A stretch of DNA of 64,000 nt from Treponema sp. (GTDB lineage: Bacteria; Spirochaetota; Spirochaetia; Treponematales; Treponemataceae). The notes under the pieces were generated by a model, which made no database searches, was not told the origin of the DNA, and saw only the letters and a program-made list of their open reading frames with translations. Below are positions 56,464 to 64,000 of the stretch, piece after piece (position 1 is the stretch's first letter; each line of letters opens with the position of its first letter). The position numbers and the translations under genes are program-made. The stretch lies in assembly GCF_045657965.1 (NCBI RefSeq), contig NZ_JAZOUG010000042.1, positions 8,210-72,209 on the forward strand, written 5' to 3'.

Positions 56464-57117
56464 ATGAAAAAATTTTCTTTTAAATATTTTTCGATTTTCC
56501 TTATATTTTTTTCCTCACTGTTTGTATCATGTCTTCCGCAAATTTCAGTAAAAGCCGGAAATAGTGATTCAGCTGATGTTTCCTTTACAACCGGATTTTC
56601 GCAAAATACAGCTAAAACTTTAAAGACCCTTATGGGTCTGGATGCTTCTTCACCAATTTTCAAAAAAGAAGACATTCTCTCGCTTTTAAAATCAGCCGGA
56701 GTTCAAAATCCAAAGGCAGAACTTCCTTCCTCAACAGAAATTTCTGCAGACGGGAAAATTTCACCGTTTTCAAATAATGTTCTCTGCAAAACAGGAATTC
56801 TTTCTAAGTCAGAAAACTCTCTTTCTCTTACAATAGGAACTTCACAAATTCTGGCTTTTTATGAAATTTTAGATGACGAAGCAAAATCTTATCTTGATTT
56901 AATGATGATTCCTGCCCTTATCGGCGAAAAAATGACAGCTGCAGAATACCGCGAACTTCTGGCATCAATGTACGGACCTGCTTTTGCAGATGAAATTACA
57001 GGCGGAAAACTCACAGTCTCGCTTTCTTCCCCAGACGGCAAAAAAACACTAAAAGAAACAATTTCACTTGGCGAGCTTTTCACAAAAGCCGAAACCCGCT
57101 GGGAACTAAAGTATTAA
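56464..57117 (+). CDS. Hypothetical lipoprotein
   Basis: Lipobox LFVSC; 3 bp after the NlpC/P60 gene. Confidence 0.75.
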   Translation: MKKFSFKYFSIFLIFFSSLFVSCLPQISVKAGNSDSADVSFTTGFSQNTAKTLKTLMGLDASSPIFKKEDILSLLKSAGVQNPKAELPSSTEISADGKISPFSNNVLCKTGILSKSENSLSLTIGTSQILAFYEILDDEAKSYLDLMMIPALIGEKMTAAEYRELLASMYGPAFADEITGGKLTVSLSSPDGKKTLKETISLGELFTKAETRWELKY

Positions 57118-59465
57118 TCTTCCGTAAGGCAGAACGCACTGAGCACCGCTGCACTGAGACCCGCAAAAACCGTAAGTCCAAGCATATGAACCGGAGCAAA
57201 TGAAGAAAAAGCAAGTGCTCCAAATGAAAGTGCTGTCGTAAAAAAAGAAAGAACAATTGCAAAATTGTTTAAATTTTCTGTTTTTCCGGCTTTATTTTTT
57301 ATTCCTTCAACCATATAAATAATATAGTCCAGTCCAAGCCCGAAAATCAAAACAAGGGCAGTAATCGGGAAAAAACTTAAGTTTATCCTGCATAAAAAAA
57401 GAACCGCCGTCGTAATAACCGTAACCATAAATGGAATGGCTGCAATTTTTATGACTAAGTTCAATCTGTAACAAAAACACAGAACTATGATTACAACAAT
57501 AAAAGCAAATAAAAGCATCAATAACATGGTCTTTGAAAGAACATCCAGCTGTGCAGAAATATCTTTTACCTTATTTACAAAGAAAATACCTTCATTTTTA
57601 GAAGCATATTCCCTGAAATAAATTTCTTCATCTGCGCTGGCATGTAAAGGCAGAACACATGAATAAAACTTATCCCCGATTTTTCCAATCCAGAGATTTG
57701 AAACGGCTTCTTTTATTGATGCTGGAATATCAGAATCAGAAGGGGTAATATAACCATGTTCTAACGAACGGTAGTTATTTTCATAATTGTCAGAATTATT
57801 TCCAAATCCAATCACTTCAAACTGGCTTTCAGCCAGAGGCAGAAGTTTTTCCGAAGCAAGATATGACTTTCTCTGCTTTTTCTGGGAAGGAATAAATTGA
57901 ACAACCGACAGATAGTTTCCGAGTTTCTTTTCATTTACTGCACTGTTTAAAAATTCTGCAAGCTCTTCGTTTTTCTGTAAAAGTTCTTCTTCTGAATCTG
58001 CCTTCACAATAAAATACCAGCCGCTCGAACCTGTATTCAAAACTTTTGCAGACATAATTTCATTCTGAAGCATCTGATCAGACATTGAATAAAGTTCTTT
58101 AATATTGTTCTTGATTCCAAACGAACGGTAGTTAATCAGAATCACAGAAACAGAAAAAATTACCAGAACAAACGGAACAAATTTCTTATACCGGCATAAA
58201 GTCTTTTTATTATTCTGGAAATTTATTAATTTAGGAACAGCAATGCCTTTTAATTCAGGATTTTTTAAAAGCGGATACACTGCAATTACAGTTAAATACG
58301 AAGCAAGAAGTCCCATAAATAAAAATACACTGACCTGCTTTAACAAAGGAAACGGAGCAAAAAATAATGCTGCAAAACAGATTTCTGTTGAAACAAAACC
58401 AAGCGTTATTCCGCGGAAAATATGATTTCGTACATCTTCACCAGTGCGACAGAGAGAATTTCCTTTCCAGTTTACAAAATAATGAATTGAATAATCCAGA
58501 CAGGTTCCAATCAGTGTTGTTCCAAAAACAAATGTAAGGACATGTATTCCCCTGAAAAACAAGAGAACCGATATAAAACCGATTCCACATGAAAAAACAA
58601 CTGCCAGTGCTGAAATAAAAGCCGGCATAAATGAACGGAATATAAAAAGAAATGTAACAATAATTAAAATCAAAGAAATTGTTGAAATCACAGAAATTTG
58701 AGTCTGTGCACTTGCTGAACTTTCATAACTGTGAAAAGGAACTCCAGAAAACACAAACTGGTCTTTATCACAGAAACTGTAAATATTTCTGACTGTACTG
58801 TTTTTTCCAGTAAGAGCTGCGCCTTTTTCAGAAATTACTCCCCGAATCAGCACATACCATAAACCGTCTTTTTGAGCAGCAAGAACTTCATCATGCAGCG
58901 ACATTGAAGTTGAAGAAAGTGCACCACCTTCTAAAAATCTTTTTAAGCTTCGTTCTGTAAGCAAAAAAGGATCTTCTTCAAGAACAGATAAATCTGAAAA
59001 ACTGAAAGCCCCGTAAACACTGGCAAGAGCTTCTTCGGCAACTTCTTCTGCACCACCGTTTTCTAAAAGTTCACAGGTTTCATCATCAATAAGGTTATAC
59101 CGGTTTTTAAAAAGCCAGTATGTAATTTCGGCAACAGAATTTGAATTTACATAAAGAGAAAGTGAATCAAAATAATCCGCATTCAGCCGGTTTTCTGAAT
59201 CCACATAATGCGAATAAAATTCTGCTGCTTTAAATTTAGCTTTTTCAAAAGTTTCGCCTTTTGCGAGCACTGTAACTGCACGGCCTGTTTTTGAAGCAAG
59301 AGCCGCATCTGCTGACTGAACTTCATGCAAAGATGAAGAAGGCGGCAAAATGTCAAATAAACTCGTAGCAAAATTAATTTCCGGTGAAAAAGCAAGCGAA
59401 ATCAAAAAGGCAGAAATTACAGCCGCATGAAAAAAAATCCAGATACAGGCAAATCGTTTTTTCAT
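57114..59465 (-). CDS. MMPL/RND-like lipid exporter (APE-cluster type)
   Basis: Two TM bundles with FGTTLIGTCLDYSIHY and LGLDYIIY motifs separated by periplasmic loops. Confidence 0.85.
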   Translation of the reverse strand: MKKRFACIWIFFHAAVISAFLISLAFSPEINFATSLFDILPPSSSLHEVQSADAALASKTGRAVTVLAKGETFEKAKFKAAEFYSHYVDSENRLNADYFDSLSLYVNSNSVAEITYWLFKNRYNLIDDETCELLENGGAEEVAEEALASVYGAFSFSDLSVLEEDPFLLTERSLKRFLEGGALSSTSMSLHDEVLAAQKDGLWYVLIRGVISEKGAALTGKNSTVRNIYSFCDKDQFVFSGVPFHSYESSASAQTQISVISTISLILIIVTFLFIFRSFMPAFISALAVVFSCGIGFISVLLFFRGIHVLTFVFGTTLIGTCLDYSIHYFVNWKGNSLCRTGEDVRNHIFRGITLGFVSTEICFAALFFAPFPLLKQVSVFLFMGLLASYLTVIAVYPLLKNPELKGIAVPKLINFQNNKKTLCRYKKFVPFVLVIFSVSVILINYRSFGIKNNIKELYSMSDQMLQNEIMSAKVLNTGSSGWYFIVKADSEEELLQKNEELAEFLNSAVNEKKLGNYLSVVQFIPSQKKQRKSYLASEKLLPLAESQFEVIGFGNNSDNYENNYRSLEHGYITPSDSDIPASIKEAVSNLWIGKIGDKFYSCVLPLHASADEEIYFREYASKNEGIFFVNKVKDISAQLDVLSKTMLLMLLFAFIVVIIVLCFCYRLNLVIKIAAIPFMVTVITTAVLFLCRINLSFFPITALVLIFGLGLDYIIYMVEGIKNKAGKTENLNNFAIVLSFFTTALSFGALAFSSFAPVHMLGLTVFAGLSAAVLSAFCLTED

Positions 59466-59480
59466 AGTAATTTTAAAATT

Positions 59481-60107
59481 TTATTCCTCAAATGCAGATT
59501 TTTCATCATCAGAAAGTGAATCCGGATATGTCTGATTTGAAAATTCGTATTTTGTAAAGTCACCGGCTGGTTCGTGCAGAACCATGCTGTTAATTTTTGA
59601 ATCCCCGGCCATTTCTATCACTTCTATAAAAGTGCGGACAGTAGAATCAGTTGGAGTAAGATTCATATTCCAGCTTTCTTCAGAGTCGATAAATTCAATG
59701 TCAAAATTTTTATTTAAGGAATCAAAATCGCCGTTAAAGAGTGAAGAAATTAAAAGAGAAAACTGCACAAAAGTCGCGTTACTGCCGGAATTTAAAAAAG
59801 TTTTTTTCCCGTTTGGGGCAGTTTGAATAATTCCTGATTTTGTAATTGCCATGGAAGATTTAAACGGCTTTAAAGTATTCCAGAGAATTCCTCTGTCTGC
59901 ACAGATAATAAAAGTTCCTGAAGATTTTATTTCTCTGGAAATTTTTTTAATCAGCTTAGTCTGATTGAAATTTCCTTTTGTGATTTTTTGAGAAGAAATT
60001 TTAGTGCAAACTTTTTCAAAATCTGAATTGCCGGAAGAATTTTGTGCAAAGCAGAGTGAACTAAAAAGTAAAAAGAAAGCTGCAGAAATGATTTTTAAAT
60101 TTTTCAT
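59481..60107 (-). CDS. LolA-like lipid/lipoprotein carrier (APE-cluster type)
   Basis: Signal peptide; KGNFNQTK...SSGTF....GILW...KPF...; W.M.LTP; start overlaps the thioesterase stop (TGATG). Confidence 0.8.
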   Translation of the reverse strand: MKNLKIISAAFFLLFSSLCFAQNSSGNSDFEKVCTKISSQKITKGNFNQTKLIKKISREIKSSGTFIICADRGILWNTLKPFKSSMAITKSGIIQTAPNGKKTFLNSGSNATFVQFSLLISSLFNGDFDSLNKNFDIEFIDSEESWNMNLTPTDSTVRTFIEVIEMAGDSKINSMVLHEPAGDFTKYEFSNQTYPDSLSDDEKSAFEE

Positions 60108-60544
60108 CAGAAGCCTCCCTGAGCCAGAAAGTGTTCGACTTTATCAAGCCAGATTTTTGGGCAGACAAATTGAGTTTCACCGGTTTTTAAATCAATACAC
60201 ATCTGACTGACAGTTCCCTTTGTAGTAAGTTCACCGGTTTTTGTATTGTACAGTTCAAAATCAATTTTAATCATATTTTCATATTCAACAAGAGTTGCTT
60301 TTGCCCTGCAGATATCACCGAAACGCAGAGATTTCATATATCTTACTCTTACATCAGTAACAGGAAAAGAATAACCGGATTCTTCCATTGCAATATAATT
60401 GTAACCGATTTTATCAAGTAAAGCGCAGCGGGCACGTTCAAAATAGTTAATGTAATTCCCATGCCATACAATACGCATCGGATCACAATCATTAAAATCT
60501 ACTTTGAATTCAATTTCTGTTGATAAATTCATATTTTCTCCCAT
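60107..60544 (-). CDS. Acyl-CoA/ACP thioesterase (4HBT/YbgC hotdog fold)
   Basis: DFNDCDPMRIVWHGNYINYFERAR motif; start overlaps the cyclase stop (TAATG). Confidence 0.9.
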   Translation of the reverse strand: MGENMNLSTEIEFKVDFNDCDPMRIVWHGNYINYFERARCALLDKIGYNYIAMEESGYSFPVTDVRVRYMKSLRFGDICRAKATLVEYENMIKIDFELYNTKTGELTTKGTVSQMCIDLKTGETQFVCPKIWLDKVEHFLAQGGF

Positions 60545-62841
60545 TATTTTACGCTCATTTTAAAAACACCATCCCAGTCTTTTGGCAACGGATTATTTTT
60601 AAAGTGATTTATTCTATCTAAAAATACAACAGATGGTAAATCATTATATTTTGAAGCACACTCAGAAAAATATTTTTCGCTTTTTTCCCATTTCTGTTCA
60701 CGATAATACTTCAGTCCTTCTTCAAAAAGATTTTTAATTTCTGTCAGCTTTGGACTTGCCTTAGCTTTCTGCTGCAGAATTTCATAAATCTTTACAGGCT
60801 CAGTTTTACCCTTTACTGTAATAAAATCAAGTTCACGGCAGATAAACATTCCTTTTAATTTTTTATAAACTGATTCACTTATTATGGATTTTGACCCGTA
60901 TGCTTTGTTAGCACTTTCCAGACGGGCCGCCAGATTAACTGTATCGCCAATTGATGTAAAATCTTTTCGTGTCTGAGAACCGACAGAGCCAAAAATTACT
61001 TCTCCTGTATTGATTCCAATTCCTATTGAAACGTAGGTTTTTCCTGTTTCGACAGAAAGTTTTTGTTCTTCCCGCATTGCAGAACGAATTTCCATGGCAG
61101 CTTTACAGGCATTAATTTCTTTACGCGGCCCTGAAAAAAACGCCATCATTTCATCACCGACATATTTATCAACATCGCCGCCGTTATTTAAAATTATCTC
61201 TGTTTCAATATCAAGGTAATGATTTAAAATCTCAACAACTTCTTTTGGCGGAATACCTTCACACAGCGAAGTAAATCCCCGGATATCTGTAAACAGAAAA
61301 CACAAATCCCTTGCTTTGGTGCTTTTACTATTTGATTTTGTTTCCCCGCCGTTTTTTTCGGCATGCTGCAGTGTAGAAAATGAAACATAAGGCATAATTC
61401 CCTTTATCAGATTAACCATTTCTCCAATTTCAAGGGATAAATCTTTTATTTCATCTTTTGTTTTGATTGTGTCATTAAATTTTACGGCAGAAGAAGTATT
61501 TTTCGCAGTTCCCCGTAAAATCTTTTCTATTGATTTTGAAGTCTTATGAACATTTTTACGAAGGAAAAGCATGGGGTTAAAAATAAAATCTGCCAGCAGA
61601 ATCGAAAAAATAATTGAAAGATACAAAAAGACAGTAATTATCGTAAAGACAAAAATTTTCGTCCTGAAATACTGGCGCATGAGAACCTGCTGCTTATAGG
61701 TGACTATTGCAAAACCAATCAGCTTATGTCCGGCTTTACGGCTCAGCGTAACAGGGTAAATATATTTGCAGGTATGCTCAGCTTTATTAAAGACATATTC
61801 CTTTTTGTAAGCTCCGTTTTTATAACGTTTTAAATAATCCCTTGCCTGAGCTGGTGTAAGCATTTTTTCTGAATCAGAAATTGAAAGAGGTTTTCCTGTT
61901 GTATACGCAAAGACATTAAACTCTGGAAGTTCAGAAGAATTTTCCCAGTTTTCGATAAAAATAACCGGCTCAGAATCCATAGTTATAATAATATCAATCC
62001 GCTCAAAAGGAGTTTCTGCATATTTATTTGCTTCCCGTTGTTCATCAAAAAATGTCTTGATTTTTTCGTATTTTCCTTCAGCAGAATCATAAACAGCCGC
62101 TGTCTGTTCTGCCTGTGCACGGCCTACATCGCTGACAGCTTCAGTAAACATTTTTTTGTAGCTGTTAAGAATCAAAAGCATAAAAGCAAACAAAATTATT
62201 ACAATAAGAAAGGTTATTACAAAAGTAAATTTTGTTTTTATGGAAAGACGAAGTCCCTGTGAATCACGGATTTTTCTGTACTCAACATATTCGGGATTTT
62301 CTGAACGAAGATAAAAAATTCCATGGAAGGAATAATAAAGATGCGATGCCAGAGAAAGCAGAAACAGAAAATAAATATAAAACGGAAGCATTAAAAACCA
62401 GGCAAAGGAATTTGCATTAGAAACAATACATACAGATGAACAGAAAAGATAAATTGTAAAACTTGAAAGTATGAAAGCATAATTTAATTTCTTAAAATAA
62501 ATTTCCCGCTTTTTTTCAAGAATAAACTCCGTAATTGAAAAAACTACTGTGCAGGGAAGGAAATATATGAGATAAAGAAGAATCCTGACAAATCCGAAAT
62601 CCAGATTAAGATTAGAATCAAAAGGCATTTTAAAAGCAAAAATTCTTTCACAACCCAGAGAAGAATTAACATTTGCAGAATCCTCATAAAGATTTATCGG
62701 CGAAATTGAAAGCGGTGAAAAAAACAATACTAAAAGCAGCAGAAGCGGAGCAAAACGGAAAACATATTCTGCTAAGCGTGTCCTGAAATCTTTGTCCCGA
62801 AAGTTTTTTAATAGAGAGTTGAATTTAATTCCAAAAATCAT
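60544..62841 (-). CDS. Multi-TM adenylate cyclase (class IIIb-like) with an extracytoplasmic sensor loop, HAMP-like linker and C-terminal helical tail
   Basis: FTDIRGFT, DKYVGDE, IGINTG, DFTSIGDTVNLAARLE, and tail FEEGL.YY...W...F...DWDGVF. Start set at ATG 62841, overlapping the upstream gene by 17 nt. Confidence 0.9.
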   Translation of the reverse strand: MIFGIKFNSLLKNFRDKDFRTRLAEYVFRFAPLLLLLVLFFSPLSISPINLYEDSANVNSSLGCERIFAFKMPFDSNLNLDFGFVRILLYLIYFLPCTVVFSITEFILEKKREIYFKKLNYAFILSSFTIYLFCSSVCIVSNANSFAWFLMLPFYIYFLFLLSLASHLYYSFHGIFYLRSENPEYVEYRKIRDSQGLRLSIKTKFTFVITFLIVIILFAFMLLILNSYKKMFTEAVSDVGRAQAEQTAAVYDSAEGKYEKIKTFFDEQREANKYAETPFERIDIIITMDSEPVIFIENWENSSELPEFNVFAYTTGKPLSISDSEKMLTPAQARDYLKRYKNGAYKKEYVFNKAEHTCKYIYPVTLSRKAGHKLIGFAIVTYKQQVLMRQYFRTKIFVFTIITVFLYLSIIFSILLADFIFNPMLFLRKNVHKTSKSIEKILRGTAKNTSSAVKFNDTIKTKDEIKDLSLEIGEMVNLIKGIMPYVSFSTLQHAEKNGGETKSNSKSTKARDLCFLFTDIRGFTSLCEGIPPKEVVEILNHYLDIETEIILNNGGDVDKYVGDEMMAFFSGPRKEINACKAAMEIRSAMREEQKLSVETGKTYVSIGIGINTGEVIFGSVGSQTRKDFTSIGDTVNLAARLESANKAYGSKSIISESVYKKLKGMFICRELDFITVKGKTEPVKIYEILQQKAKASPKLTEIKNLFEEGLKYYREQKWEKSEKYFSECASKYNDLPSVVFLDRINHFKNNPLPKDWDGVFKMSVK

Positions 62842-63739
62842 AGAAATTGTACCACTGATATGGATGAAGCCTGCACAAATCTTCAAGATTTTGAACAAAA
62901 CCTTCCACAGTCTGTTTTATTTTTTCCTCTCTCTCCTTTCTGTTACAATCAAAAGAAATTTGATTTTTTTTAACAAACATATCATATTTCGGATTAATGC
63001 AAAAATCTTTTCTTCGCAAACCTGTAACAAAATATGTCGGCGCATTTAAAAGTGCAGCCAGAAGAAACACACCGTAAGGGAAATGTGCATTTTCTCCCAA
63101 AAAAGGCACATCTATATTTCTGTCAGTATGAGCACTTACCCTGTCGCCTGCAATTACAACCATTTCTCCGCTTTCGATTCTTTCCTGTAAAAGCAGAACA
63201 GTTTCAGGTCCGATATTATTTGAACTTATTACATGAAAATTAGAATCAGGATTAACCTTTGAAATAAGCTTTCCAAAACCGGCTGTAAGTTCGGTGTTGA
63301 TAATGGAAGTAATGCTCATTTTTTTTTCAGTTCCGGCTTCATTCATGCTTGCCAGAGCCTTCATCATATGAGGATTGCCCAAATGTGACATTATAACGAC
63401 AGTGCCTTTTCCGGAATTTATATTGTTTACCCAGTCAGTTATATCATCATTCTGCCACTGCACGTCTTTAAAAGAAAATTTTCCTGCCCAGCTCTGCAAA
63501 TTTTCAACAAGATTCAGTGCAAATGAACAGATATGCTTTAAAGTTGATTTTCCTTTTCCAACTTTTAAAAGATAATTTTTTGAAATTCTCCGCGTATTTT
63601 TATCAAAAAGCCAGTAGAAAAAACCTATTACATAAGCCATTAACCGCATGAAAAACGCAGGAAATACTTTGAGGACAATCAGCATCATTATATAGCCGAA
63701 AGAAGTTTTTTCTTTATGTTCGTACCAGTTTTTACTCAT
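62825..63739 (-). CDS. LpxL-like (lipid A lauroyl-type) acyltransferase, APE-cluster type
   Basis: W...E N-terminus, SHLGN, IAGDR, FLG..A.FP.G.F.LA, HPYQWYNFYDFW C-terminus. Confidence 0.88.
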   Translation of the reverse strand: MSKNWYEHKEKTSFGYIMMLIVLKVFPAFFMRLMAYVIGFFYWLFDKNTRRISKNYLLKVGKGKSTLKHICSFALNLVENLQSWAGKFSFKDVQWQNDDITDWVNNINSGKGTVVIMSHLGNPHMMKALASMNEAGTEKKMSITSIINTELTAGFGKLISKVNPDSNFHVISSNNIGPETVLLLQERIESGEMVVIAGDRVSAHTDRNIDVPFLGENAHFPYGVFLLAALLNAPTYFVTGLRRKDFCINPKYDMFVKKNQISFDCNRKEREEKIKQTVEGFVQNLEDLCRLHPYQWYNFYDFWN

Positions 63740-64000
63740 TTTATTTTTCGCCAGAGCAGTTTAGGAATTCTGATAAACATACCGCAGCAAAGCCGGGTAA
63801 ATACCCAGGAAATTCGCACATTATCCTTAAGAACATTAAAATTTGAAATTCCATCGCTCGGATATGTTACTTTTACCGGATAAAACTCAAAAGGAAGCCC
63901 TTTCCAGATTAATTTCACAATAATTTCAATATCAAATCCCATGCGTGAATCAACATAGTGCTTTGTTAAAAATTTTGCAGTTTCTTCAACCGGGTAAATC
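63736..64000 (-). CDS. Family 2 glycosyltransferase, C-terminal part (gene runs off the window)
   Basis: Translated by hand from the edge: IYPVEE...RMGFDIEIIVKLIWKG...VTYPSDGISNF...DNVRISW, the APE/flexirubin-cluster GT2 pattern; ATGA overlap with the acyltransferase. Confidence 0.85.
   Translation of the reverse strand, partial: IYPVEETAKFLTKHYVDSRMGFDIEIIVKLIWKGLPFEFYPVKVTYPSDGISNFNVLKDNVRISWVFTRLCCGMFIRIPKLLWRKIK

Overview
AT-rich (about 35-40% GC by eye) chromosomal segment, most likely from a gut or rumen Treponema (Spirochaetota). That assignment is inferred from spirochaete-style lipoprotein signals, MCP and TRAP genes and the gene repertoire. 1-20 kb is mostly housekeeping and carbohydrate related: a truncated secreted FN3-like protein, a small secreted CBM-like protein, DUF2156, YkgJ, two alpha/beta hydrolases, a HisA-HisI-HisE fusion, a beta-CASP nuclease, a dctPQM-gntR operon, DUF2804, SlyX, an MCP and a ModF-like ATPase. 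20-50 kb is filled by three tandem paralogous giant lipoproteins (about 3,140-3,450 aa, Ser/Thr-rich). Each has an Ig/FN3-like stalk and a divergent C-terminal beta-propeller-like tip, and each has its own terminator. They share short identical DNA patches, show GC mosaicism and have a related upstream palindrome. 50-57 kb holds a propeller-sensor adenylate cyclase, an orphan UrtA and pyrF in one apparent operon, plus an NlpC/P60 with a probable beta-barrel C-terminus. 57-64 kb is the distal end of an aryl-polyene(APE)-like glycolipid cluster (GT2, acyltransferase, thioesterase, LolA-like, MMPL) with a second adenylate cyclase translationally coupled inside it. The best leads are the giant lipoprotein array, a Cle-type c-di-GMP-binding motif (YTGPERR) inserted in the beta-CASP nuclease, and the cyclase inside the APE-like operon. 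No rRNA, tRNA, CRISPR array, transposase, integrase or reverse transcriptase was recognised. All calls are by eye; no searches were run.
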